From Haliotis rubra (Eukaryota): a stretch of DNA of 64,000 nt. The stretch spans positions 124,001-188,000 of the forward strand of contig NW_025765286.1 of the NCBI RefSeq assembly GCF_003918875.1, given 5' to 3'. Shown piece by piece: positions 1 through 13,200 of this stretch. The notes beneath the pieces were generated by a model. That model was given only the letters and a program-made list of their open reading frames with translations. It had not been told where the DNA came from and made no database searches. The position numbers and the translations under genes are program-made. Within the stretch, counting starts at the first letter, position 1, and every line of letters starts with the position of its first letter.

Positions 1-60
1 TACAAATCAAATTATTTTCCACAAGTCCTACAGATACCATAACAATTATAACATCTGCAA

Positions 61-3000
61 TGGCTGAAAATGTCCTCTGACAGTTGTATCAATGTTTTAA
101 TAAAAATATTGTACAATAAATAAAATCTTTTTTATCTATTATATGGAACCCACCACGGAGTTACCTCCCTGCTACGCATGCACAGCCAACCAGGTAAGCA
201 CCTAGCCCCCGTATCATCATTCCTTCTGCTGAATAAATCAGTGAACAGAATTGCGGGAGGTGGGCTGGCCCTGGTTCAAGGATCTACTCTCTTCAAAGAA
301 TTGGAAACCTCTGCAGGTTTAGTTAATTCTTTTCAGAGAGATCGCCCACTCCACTCCCGCTCTCCAGCCCCGGAGAGAAACAGGAATCACCTGACAGTCG
401 CGACTGGTCGCACCAGAGGAGAAATTCCCACGCCTCCGAAGAAGCGCTTAGGGACACCGTGTCGCCTTTGCTTCAGGATGTACGCCATGGCCGCACGGGT
501 TGTCCAACTGAAGACGAACCACCTGGCCCTGAACATGCCCCCGAAGCCGAAAACCAACCGCACAGCTCTCAGTTCTAAGACGATGTGAAGGTGGGCTTCA
601 GCTTCGACCAGAGTCCGAAACCGACAGACTGCCCAGAACACCCCCAGCCCTTGAGGGACACATCGGGTTTGAACTGTAAGAGCTGCCATCAGGAATTCCA
701 AAGGGACCCCTTGGAGAGCTTCCCGACATTGGTCCACCACTGAAGGTGAGGAGACAACCACCGGGACTGTGAGACACTTCTCTAGATCCCTCTGAGTGAG
801 CCCACAGACTCGCCAAAGCTTGCTGTATAGGGCGATCCTCAACCAGCTCCCCACACTACAGAGATAGTTGCGCCATATGACCCAGTAGACGGAGCCAACT
901 CTGCGCTGGTGCCTGGGGTAGGGAGAGGAACGAATACACCATCTCCCCGCACTCTGGTGACCTGGTCGGGCGACAAAGAGACAAGACCTTGTGAGATGTG
1001 AACCGCGCCCCTAGAAAAGTCCCGGTTGGTACCAGATACCAGGTCGGATTTCTTGAGGTTTATGATCCACCCCGCCGAACTAGAATGTCTATCACCGTGT
1101 GGGTAGAGTCTTGGCTCGCTGGCTGAGTTAGAGAGCTGAGCAACCAGTCGCCGAGGTAAGGGTAACAACGCCTTCCTTGTGACCTTAAGCGAGGGTAGCC
1201 GGCACTAACATGAGTTTGGTGAACACCCTGGGGCAGTGGCTATGCCGAAGGGTGCACCGTGAATTGGTAATACATCCCGCCAGATTAGAACCAGAGGTAC
1301 TGCTTGAACGATGGATGAATTGGCACATGAAGATACACGATCCTTTAGGTCGATCGACGTAAGCCAATCGCCGGGCTGAACGGAGGAGATCACCGAAGCG
1401 AAGTGCGTCTCCATCTTGAAGGATGGAACCTCTATCATGCGATTCAACCCCTTGAGGTGAAAATGAAAATGGGATGGAACCCGCTGTCCTTCTTCGAACA
1501 AAGAAGTACATGGAATAAAACCCCGCCTGTTCCTTGCCCGGTGGTATGCTTCTATTGGGGATTTGTCCAGCAAAGCCTGAACTTCGTCCGCGCAGTATAC
1601 CCACCTTGACTGGACATGATGGCACCGGAGTGTGATGTATGCCGGTGAACTCTGGTGGGCCTCGCTTCCACAGTGGTAGATGGCCGACACTGACGGTAGA
1701 TAGCACCCAAGTGTTGCTGGTAGCCTCTCCCACTCCGCAAGCCCCCACTGGGATGTTTGGTAAGAGAGGGCGTGAGTGGTCCCCTGCAGATGAACTGACA
1801 GCCTGCAGGTTTAACGGGAGGTCGGGCAGACCCCGCGACCGCAGCGAAAAGGCTGCTGGGAGCCAGGCGAAGAGGCCTGCTCCTTGCCCTTACCTTTGGC
1901 GGGACGGCTCCTCCTACCTCTACCCAGCAGCCGGCCAACTGGCAGACTTGGGCGTAGGCTGAGGAAGAACCCGCTACAGGAGCACGGGAGCGAAGAAGAC
2001 CGCTGCTGCTCCAACAAGGCCTTAGAATCCTTGAAGGAGGTAGCTGCTGCAGCAGCCTCCTGAATGACCTGCTGTGCCCCCGAAACAACGCCGCCCCAGC
2101 CGAACGGAAGGGGCAGCAAGGTCTGCGGTGTTGCTGCTGAATAACGGGATGTAGACGGCCACAGCTTGTGCGCATCCCCAGACTGTGCACATCACCGTAG
2201 ACGTGGCAGACTGCAAAGAGTCTCGCAGCCAGGTGGGCCTGCACTTCAGATAATTGGCGGAGCAGAACAACATTCAGGGAAACGTCCCCAGTGCTCCCTT
2301 CCGCCTCCAGAGCCGACCTTTGATCGAGGAAAGGTACGCCTTCATGGACCACTACTACCCGCACCTGCTGCATGGCATTCCGGTAGACTTCCTCATAAGT
2401 CCGGTATGCTTGCTGCAGGGGGGCGCCTGCTAGGGCAAACAGTGGAACTAACCGCCCTTGCTTAGCAGCCGGGGCTGCACCTGAGGAAGCCGAGCCTCCC
2501 CCGAGGGCGACCGGGCGAACACGCACTCGCCAACCACCGCACAAAGAACAGAGAATCATCCCCAGCTGGTACCTCTTAACGAAGTTCGGGTAAATCGAAC
2601 CAGAGGTTCCAACCGGAACCAACCAGGAGGGGATCCATCACGTCCTGCACCAGGGAAGGCAAGATACGGAGCTGTGTCTGCGAGGGTTGCCTAGGGGCAA
2701 ACGCCTCACCCGCAGGCGGAACTCAGTCGAGTCCGAGCGACATGTCGGCACCGCGGCTTGGGGTATATACTCGGCAATACGTTGCCTAAACTCCCGGAGA
2801 GCCGACGAGAAACGGAAAGTACCCTCCGTCTCCTCGACCTCCCCAACCTCCAGAGACTCAGCAGCCGAGCCCGAGTCAGAATTCGGGTCTCCACGTGAAG
2901 AGGAGCCGAACCCCGACCCGGTGGGAGGCCGAGCCACAGACGCCGGCGGGAAGGGGAAGGGAACCGCCCAGCAACCGACACAATACTCGAACCCCGGTCC

Positions 3001-4243
3001 CGAGACACGGGAGGAAGCCCGGACAGAACCGGCTTCTCCGCTCTCATGGGGTGGGTGGGCGCAGGGACCGGAACCCCAGGAATCCTTTACAGACCCTGCG
3101 CCAGCACCGAGAGGGGGACTGGGAGCGAACCCTCCCCCTCCGGGGTAGCCGAGGCGTCTGGACCTGTAGCCAAAGGCAAACGATCAACAGTCACCTCCAG
3201 GCCTAAGGGATCTAGCCGGGCTTGGCGATCCCACCCCCGGAATCTCGGTCCCCCATTCAGAGTGGGCGAGGAATTCCTGCCGGAGACCTCCAACGGACTC
3301 ATGAACAAGGGACTTCACGGAGTCCATATGCTGCTGAAACAATTGAGTGATGATTGACATATCAAAACCACTAGATTGGGATTGCGACTTATGCGAAGAC
3401 CTAGGTTTAGCTTGTTTAGCCTTTTTGGCCTTGGACAGGGGAACCTCCTGGGTCAGTTCCCCTCCCGCCTCCCGCAATTCCTTATAAAAAAGGAAATCAG
3501 CCGCCCGTCTCTTCTGGGCCCAGGGGGAAAAGGCCATACACAGTTCGCAGATTTCAGGGTTATGCCCTGCTTTCTCTAAACAGCACAAGCATTTGTCATG
3601 CTTATCAGCTCTAGGGATATTCTGCCCGCAGACAGTACACCCAGTAAACGCCTGAAAGCAAACACGCAAGCATGTAGCTAACGGCGGAACACAGCAGCAT
3701 AAATATACATGAACAAAACATTGAAAATTACGTAAATATCGACAGCGAGATGAAATACTTGGTTAATAACGCAATATTTCAACCACGTGGCACGCTAAAC
3801 TTCCCGCCATGGAATAGCAACACGTGCGTAAACCACGGGAAAGCTAGCGTAAAAATTTAATACAAAGTCACATAAATGAGAAATAACAGACTGCAAAGTC
3901 AATAAAACTGTTCTCTCAAGAACGAATAAAGACCATACATACAGTTGTTGAAGTCTCAGACATTCTTCTCAACAGAAGTAAATCAGCTAGTAACTCGGAA
4001 AACGTGTGAACGCTTGAGTGACAGCAGAAGGAATGATGATACGGGCCTAGGTGCTTACCTGGTTGGCTGTGCATGCGTAGCAGGGAGGTAACTCCATGTG
4101 GTGGGGGCCGTATAATAGATAAAAAAGATTTGTATTTATTGTACAATATTTTTATTAAAACATTGATACAACTGTCACATGACATTTTCAGCCGCAGAAT
4201 ATGCATATATGTACCCCAAGGATGATCTCTATGAAAACAAAAT
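61..4243 (-). mobile_element. Decayed DIRS-type retrotransposon (copy 1) in RICTOR intron 25
   Basis: Inverted terminal repeats about 61-229 and 4022-4192; ICR-like block about 272-345; Cys/His gag N-terminus (3184-3669, CTVC..DKHDKCLCCL..H..CELC); frameshifted RT (about 839-1750: GFYSMYF, GDWLTSIDLKD, PFGIATAP, YLGD in place of YLDD, GWIINLKKS); RNase H (about 400-680: HLHIVLELRAV, AMAYILKQ). No room for a tyrosine recombinase ORF. Confidence 0.88.
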
Positions 4244-4281
4244 TCATGTCCCAGTTTAAGCATTATGTAATGACCACTGAC

Positions 4282-7200
4282 CTCTTTCCTCAGCAGGTCA
4301 AGGCCTTCATCATGCTGACACAGCTGGCCATACAGGTGGACAGGAAGGAACACATCTTTCTTAGGACGTCTGCAATGCAGTCAGTTATTCAGTGTAGCTT
4401 TAAATTGCAGGACTATTACAGCTTCAACATAGTGACATGAAAATAATAAAATCATGTCCAGACAACCCAGCTGTTGGGAGCATGAACAATCATGTACAGA
4501 AACGACACACAATACAACACAATATGACAAAAGCTAAACCAAATTTCATCACTTGGATTATAAAAGTGAAAAGCATAAAATACTTAAATTGAGGATATTT
4601 CCATAAACAGGATAAGTGACTATGCATCCCTGCAACTTTTAACAATATCCTGTATAGTAGTGGTCCAATTAATTGAAATAATCGAAGATTGGTCGCAACG
4701 ACTAAATGACCAAGCAATCAATCATGTTTTGTCATAATTGAACACAAACAATTTTGGAACACTTGTTTGCATTAACAATACTTATCACAAGGTTGGTTTT
4801 GTTTGTTACATTTCATAAGCACTATAAGGTCATTCCAAGTCATGATTGAATTGATCTTAAAGACTAAGGAAATTTATGTTGCTAATATACTAGTCATCCT
4901 TTAAAGACGTGAAATTTGCAAAAAAAAAACTGGACAAATTTGATAGATGACGCTAACCAATTATTTTCGACGATTGATCGGTTTTAATGAACAAATCATC
5001 AATTATGAGATTTTAACCAATTCCCAACACTAATCCTATCAATATCACAACAGGGATCCCTTAATGCACTGGTTTGGTATCAAACCAGGTCTCCGACATG
5101 ACGAACTATGGCTTGAAGTAAGAGGTTACCCTATCCCATTCTGCTACTGTGTGGTGTACTCACTTCTGTATTGACCGCCGAGTGAACTGTCCCTGGTATG
5201 TCTTCTCGTATGTGGTCAGCGCCTCATTCAGCTGCTCCTCAACAATCTTGACATACCGCAGGTTGTAAGTCTGGTATAAACAAAAAAGTCTAATTGTTTG
5301 GGAACATCAGTCTCAAAGTGGAAGAGTGAGATGAATGGGTGGGTAATTATCATTTTTTTAAGAACTGACTTCAATACATTTTCTTATCCATGGAGGGTTT
5401 AAAAGAGAAACTGTGCAGGTTTGTGAAACGTGCATATCAGTTTTCATGTTTTTGAATTCATAAATAATGACACACACTGAAATCAGTTTTTATCAATAAA
5501 AAGTTCAGCTCACTTGTTTTATAATTAACACACAAAAAACACAGGCTAAATTATAAATCAACAATTCAGTGCAATAATGCAACACAAGCCCCACCCATTC
5601 TATTTTCAACCAATCAAAAAACAACATTCCATAATTGGGTATGGCCTAATGTAAGGTGTGCTTACAAGACCAAAGATAAATTTACTAGACTGGGGCAAAT
5701 TTTGGACCAGTGGCAAAAATTGCAGACATATTTGTACCCACCTTCTCCCATCTCTGTAATTCATTGGTAACAAAGTTAGCATCCATTAGGGCCTTGAAGC
5801 CTTTATGTGTGGAGAGGAAACGACACAGAACCATCACACCACGATGACCGAGGTGGAGAAAGGTTGGACGCAACTTCACTAGGGAGTCAAGGTTAACCTG
5901 GAACAGATCACACAGCTAAATACAACATCAAATGGTCGAATAGAACCCAAACTGATACCTTTGACCTCTTTTATAGAAATACATAAGCACAGTTAGTATT
6001 GTTTTGGTTCAACAATATTTCAACTGCATGTTAATAATCAAGTCTGGGCCAGTGGTTCCGTTTCTGCTTCATTTTTAACTTGGGAATAAAGCCTAGATGA
6101 AGATAAAAACTTGTTGAAGTTGATACTATCACATAGAAGGAACAAGCCTCACCTGAACATCACAGGCTTCATCAATGATGTTGATTGCTGCCATAGCAAC
6201 AGCCTGACATTGGTCATACAACTGACTGATGAGAAGTTCAATGCCCCATGAACTGAATCCTGTCACCCCTGTCCTCAACAACACCCGCAGCAGCTTGGTA
6301 GCATACACTCTGGCACCCTGGAAACACAGCCACACAACCTGATTAAAACCAGACCTCAGTGCTCAGATTGGTCGGATGAAAGGTCACTCAGACATGAACC
6401 AGATTGGGACGTCCTCTGATCTTTTTTTTTAGCAGCAATGACAACTAAGACATGATTTTGATTAGATTCAAAGTGTGTGCATGTCGTAGTGAAATCATTG
6501 TAGGAAACATCCTCACATCCCAGAGACAGATTTTGGGAGACATAATCAAATAACAGAGTGATAAATTACTAGGAGCAAAGCATGATTAAACTACTGAACA
6601 GAATGCACAGAAGTCACAAGTAAAACATCCTGTGATCTATAGACACAGCATTTCGCAGTGCCTGATTGGTATCACTGCTTACCTCTACAGATGATGTGAG
6701 AGCTTTAGACAGGATGGTCCTTGCAGTACCATCTCGGGAGTAGTTGAGACTTGAGATGGTCAGTTTGATGTACAGCTCCTGTGTTGGGGGACTCACCACC
6801 TCCAGCAAACTGTGAACGGGAAACAAGCTACAGTTACAAAACTGAAGGAGTGAGTGAATGCTGTTTAAGACCTTAGCTATACTACAGTAATATATAAGCA
6901 ATTGAGTTTGGACCAGGCAAACTAGTGGTTGATATCGTGAGCAATGACCCATGCCGCTGACATATGTTGACAAACAAAAAGTCATGCTCAAACAATCCTT
7001 CATAGTCGGTCCTTACAGCAAACATATTTTTATAATTACAAACACTGAAGGCATCTGGAGCTATGGATATCAACTTTCACTTCAAACAGTAACTATGGCA
7101 ACTATCAAAAGAAGTTGGAATCAATCAGTCAATCCTATGTTCAGTGAAACCACAGATTCTAAATGCCACTCAAAACAGAACAAATGATGTAAATACTATT

Positions 7201-10200
7201 CCTCACCTGAACCAGTTCTAAACCAGTATTCTCCCGGAGATCAATATGAGCGTGAGTGAGTGAGTTTGGTTTTAAGCTGCTTTTAGCAATATTGCAGCAA
7301 TATCACAGCAGGGCACACCAAAAATGGGCTTCACACATTGTGCCCATATTGGGGAAACGAACCCAGTCTTTAACATGACAAGCAAACACCTTAACCACCG
7401 GGCTTCCCCAACGCCCCGGATCACTATAAACAAGGCAACATGTGTATACTTACTTCTGATAGACCCCCGACTTCTCCAGATACCTGTCCCCCCTGGGTGT
7501 GAGGGAGAAGCGACCCACAAACAGGAAGTAATACTGACTCAGGGTAGAGTGAATACTGCTCAGGGAGAGGACGGCTTCAGGGGCGGAGTGTTGAGTGGAC
7601 AGCTGCAACAAAGTAGATGACGTCTGTTACAGACATCACATGTATCTGAATCCTTAGCTACAGTGAGAGAAACTGCTTGTGCTATGGTATTGGTAGGCAT
7701 CCTGAGTGCTAATAGACATTTCAAAATGTTACTGCATTTTGAGCCAGGTTATTTTGTCCGACATTTGCATGTTCCTGTTGCTGTATGTTGGCAGTTTTCA
7801 GTAAGTTCCTCTCTCTGCACTCACCTCACCAAGACACTGGGCAATGTCAATTAGCCAGTCCATGATGTGTTTCTGTGCTTCATCCTGAAACACAAGATAG
7901 GAACAGTCACTTTAACAGAAATATCAAAAACAGGTTGTAGCCGTCTTAGTGAGTGAGTGAGTTTAGTGTTATGCCACACTCAGCAATATTCCAGCTATAT
8001 GGCGGCGGTCTGTAAATAATCGAGTCTGGGCCAGACAATCCAGTGATCAACAGCATGAGCATCAATCTGCGCAATTGGGAACCGATGACATGTGTCAACC
8101 AAGCCAGCGAGCCTGACCATCAGATCCCGTTAGTAGCCTCTTACGACAAGCATGGGTTACTGAAGATCAATTCTAACCCAGACCTTCACGGGTCCATAGC
8201 CGTCTTATCATTTAACCCTAACTAATAATCTTGAAGGAAATTGAAATTTTGGCAGTTGGCATGGAAACTGAAAACACACATTAGATATTGTCATTAAACA
8301 GAATAAAAAACAACAAATTTACATTATCATATGAATATTTTTCCCAACCATCACTTAATCCATAATCAGTGAATTTGGTTTTACATAGTCTCTCTTAGAC
8401 CATCCTTGAATATAGCAAACACCCTTTGTTCAAACCCCATCCCAGCTCCAGAGGCCAATAATCATCACCTTTTAAGAGACTGGCTCTGACAAACCAAGAG
8501 TAATAATCTGGGTCACCCTGATTTAACTTCATGACCAACAGTGAAAGGAAGCACCTTATACCAGTTGACCAACATTTGACAAAGTTTAGTTTCAGTACAG
8601 TCCACCTTTCTACTTTCTATTCTAGCACGACATTGTGCTAATACATTCGGTCTTTAAATTACATTTAGCGGTCTTAAATCAATGATAAAGGACCGCAAAA
8701 TTGAAACCAGAGTACCTTTATCTTCTCAATGGGCTTCATATGTATAACATTTCCAAATGAAATATGCAAGGCACCATGGGAACTCACTCACCTGATTTGA
8801 CTTAATGAGGAAGTCTATGAGATGGCATCCGATATCACATAGTTTACGAGCATTTTCATTGGTTAATTCCATCCGAGAGAACAGATCATTGGTTGGTTTG
8901 TAGAAAAACACAAGACGTTTGACAAATCTGTAACACAACATGTAGCAAGTGAAGGATGGGAAGATTCACTGCAGAAAATTCTTGTACAACATTCCCATGA
9001 AGAGGATGACGATGAATATGTTGAAACAAATCAACTTACCTGATATGAGTTTGATCATCTAATTTCCGCAACTTATCATCTGGCCACTGAAAGATGTGGA
9101 GAAACACAACACTCAGATATTTGAACCCTTCATATATATTAAGAGATCTATTGGACAACTGTAGATCTAAAGCTGTAATTATAGTAGACACAAAAGAATA
9201 TCTTGGTTTGATATGTCAAATGTCTCTATGAGAAGGAGTCAGCCTGAACATCCATGGTACTTTCCTCAAGATTTCCACATCTGCTTGACAACGGTACAAG
9301 AATCTGTATCGAAATGTCGCGCCCACTAACTATAGAAGTTGTTATCCATAAAGTTTGTCCAATATTACACAATAGGAAAAGAATACCAGTACAGATTGGA
9401 CACTAGGGGTACATACTAAGCTTAAATCAACATAGATGGACAATCATAGGGATGGTTAATGAATAGGAATGTTCTGAGATATCTCAGTAAGTATCAGTGA
9501 GTGAGTGAGTTTTAGTTTTACGTCGCTTTTAGCAATATTCCAGCAATATCACGGCGGGGGTCACCAGAAATGGACTTAACACATTGTGCCCATGTGGGGA
9601 ATCGAACCCGGGTTTTTGGCGTGACGAGCAAACGCCTTAACCACTAGGCTACCCTACCGCCCCCAGTAATTTTCAAACAGATATAAAATACAAATGATAC
9701 CAAAATTGGCACCATGCTGACAATGAAGATAATGGCTGAATGGAGCAAACTGACCTTGAGCAGAGCACATATAAGATCCCAGTCCCAATTGGTGTTCTCC
9801 TTGGTGATGAGAACCTGCGAGTCCTTGACTGCTTGAGACAGCAGATCTTCAGACAGGTACTGTAATATACATCTCGGGTAGAATTCAAAAGAAAACAAAT
9901 CAACTGTTTACATGAAGTATAACTTGATGGTCATACTGGCCACAGCATATTACGAAGTGAGCCATGTGTTAGCGTTAGAATGAGATATGGCTTGAAGCAC
10001 ATTAAAATAGTGACAGAAAAACGAACAGGATGTTAGTCATGAAATGTTCTCTCTTGAAAACAATGGAAACAGATACTGAAATCACATTTATACTTTCTAA
10101 AAACTGTTGTAAGTCTACCTTGGTGAAATATCTCTCAGCTAGTTTGTCCCGTCGTAGATGCCAGTGCCGTCCTATATACTCGGCAAACTTCCCAGCATGC

Positions 10201-13200
10201 TGCAGGAGCTGATCTAGATAGAGACTGCAAGGAACTGCCCCCCGTTTCTTCATGGCATGGAAGTGACTTAGATAGGTGACAGCTAGACTAGCTTGACTGA
10301 AATGATAATAATCAAAAGGTAATCCAGTCTGACTTAAATGAGTGAGTGCATTATCAGAGTGTATTAGCTTAATTCTGGGATTCCAAATCATGATTCTGCC
10401 TTTTAATTGGTGTTTGCTGTCAAACGCTGTAGTCAGCAATATTCCAGCTGACTGATGGCAGCCTGGAAATAATAGTCTGGACAAGAAAATCCAATCCACT
10501 TTGGACAATATTTCAGTCACATTATATGTAAGCTCAATGGGATTCCAGCACTAATATTTTGTTTGTTTGTTAACACCACGCTCAGAGATACTTCAGCCAT
10601 ATGACAGCATTAGGAAAACGTCAGGATGTGACAACCCAGTGATAGACATACACAGGTCCACCACTGCTCCATTGCTTAAGTCAACAGTGCTTGATAAAGG
10701 TCTTGGCATCTACCTTGAAACATCACATCTATTGCGATAATGAAGTTGTCTAACCATAAAAAGATTGTTCATCTTCATCATATAAGCTTCTCAAAGAAGT
10801 CCTTTGATCAGTAAAGTATTCCTGAAGACATCACCACCTCATTCATTCCCTTCCCACAGAGGTTACTTGTCATATCTTCCTACAAACCTCTGTTCTAATA
10901 CGGCCATGTTTCCCGGTACGCTTAAAATCCCCTAGTGCCAAAAAATCACAACACGAATTATCTCCCCTCTTTCTATCCAACCAGAACACGTGTTACATCG
11001 ACATAGAACCAACTTGACTAATACAAGCAAATGTGGGGCCACAAATATTATTCCTCTGCCGAGAACTTGTGTTAATGTGACACACAAGACATTTAATGGC
11101 TAGCTTGTCCGTTGTCAACAAGGGCGATGGAGACACCATTGATCCGCCATAACAAGACTGAGTTCTGTCTAGAAGAAACGTTTGCGCATTGCGCAGAAGA
11201 GGTGCTAGTTTTCCCGAAGCATACGGAAATTACCGAGGCCTTGCGAATGATCACTTTTGAAACAATCTGATTGCAACCAATCACCAATTCTGATTCTTTG
11301 AAGAAAGTCCTCCTTGAGGTATATATAAGCATTAAAATGTCCATTTTAAAATCCTACAACAGTTGTAACAATATTTTAATAAAAATATTTACAAAACAAA
11401 ACCTTTTTTTGTCTTGTGAGACCACCCCTACAGGGCCCTGCAGGGCCCCCTACAGCCAAGAGCAGGTAACTCTCGCCGTCTACCTCGTACCTCATTTTTC
11501 ATGCTGAACGTGATCAGAGAGAATGTGGGGAGGCGGGTGGCCGTACCCCAAGGAGGACTTTCTTCAAAGAATCAGAAACCTCTACAGGTTCAATTCTTTT
11601 TCAGAAGAAGTCCTCCTTGGGATACATCTAAGCATAAGACAGATTCCCAAAGATAGTGAGTCGGTGTGTGTGTGCCCCGAGAGTACACCATCAGCAGGTG
11701 TGCGAAAAGCAGAAATAGCTGTGGAGTAGCCTCTGATAGAAGAAGCGGCGAAGTCGGCTTCTCATCTAGATCGCCTAAAAAACCCCAATACTCTGACTAA
11801 ATATGTAGAACAAGGGATCGAGAATCCCTCTGCCGACACACCTGCCCCTACACTGAACATTTGTCGAATCCTACCGCGAAGCCAGAATTTGTCTGCAACT
11901 AGTGCAGGAATTCCGCTCGCTTGGAGGCGATTCCGGACAGTGGCCATGCCACCCACGGAATGCTGGGATTCGGGTGGGGAGCTCCGCTTGAGATAGCAGT
12001 TCCGAGTTACCTGAACTCGGGGAGCATCAGGTTATGAGGTCCTTGAGGTCGAGTCTCTACAGATGAGATCTTAGTGTCTCCATCTTTAAAGACGGAACCT
12101 CTATCATGTCGTTCAGCCCTTAAGATTAGTATAGGTCTGAACTCTCCATCCGTCTTGGTACCCAGGAAATAGGTGGAGTAAAACCCGCAATTTCCTGCCC
12201 CATAGGAACACCTGGATGGTAGTCTCATCCATCAACGACTGGAATTCTTACAGAGTGTAACAGAACCCAGGGATTTGCTGTGACTTTCTCCCGCTCCCTT
12301 AGGAATATGGAAAGTCGAGCGGGCAGAAGGCAGTGGCTCCAGACGCCGGGCAGAAGGCAGTGGATCCAAACGGTCAGCAGTGTGTCGACTGCTTGCGCTG
12401 AGTCCCCTGTGGGACAGCTTGAGAATTGGAGTCCTTGAAGGTGCCGACTGCCTCCGCGGCTTCCCGTACAACTGTCAGTGCCCCGGAAACAGGGTAGAAC
12501 CCATCCAGTAAAGCAGTGACATGAGCGCCTGTTGAGTAACCAGCGAAAACTGAGCAACAGTCAGCCCGAGTCGGCGCTCATTATCTGGCTAACACATAAC
12601 CTGATAGCACCATGCACCAGATGTGAGTGGACATCCGTCAGTTGCCACGCTGGTGTGGCATATGACGTTTCATTCGGTGGGCAGTGACATGAGCGCCTGT
12701 TGCGTAACCAGAGAAAATTGAGCAACAGGGTTGCAGCCAGAGTCGGCGCTCATCCTTGCCTAGCCGAAACCAGGAAGTGCCCCGACGAACCCCTGCATAG
12801 GGTGACCGCATAGATGCAGTCAACTACCATGGGGGTCTGTACAACCCCTCCCCGATCAGGTACCGGCAATTGAGCTCTGGGAGGTCAAATCGTGTCTGAA
12901 TACTTAAGAGGAGAGGGATAACCATCTAACCCAAGCGAAAGTAAGATGTGGAGCCACCTTACCCGGAGCAAACGCTTGGTTGGGGCCGACCACATGAGGC
13001 AGAATGGTGGCGATCCTTATGCGCACCTGCTACAGGGACGAACTGAGTGGGAACCCAGACTGCACACGAGGCGCCGAGGTGCTCCCGAGCAGTGCAGCAC
13101 TAGGGCGCCTGTCAGTCGGGGCACCAGGCGAACTCAGGTCGAGACCCGAGTCGCCGGTGCCGGGAACCTGTGCCAGGCCTGAACTAGAGGCCAGGCCGAC

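Noticed and set aside
1552-3357. Long GC-rich ORFs (including 356 aa) as host genes
   Set aside because: They lie between the DIRS inverted repeats and are shifted frames of a decayed gag region.
10002-10520. 172-aa ORF and similar short ORF-track calls as standalone genes
   Set aside because: They are RICTOR, DFPase, ATP5F1D or UQCRH exons extended into introns, or chance frames in SINEs.
12512-12770. Direct repeat of about 75 bp as an LTR pair
   Set aside because: It is a local duplication inside DIRS copy 2 with no LTR termini or TSD.
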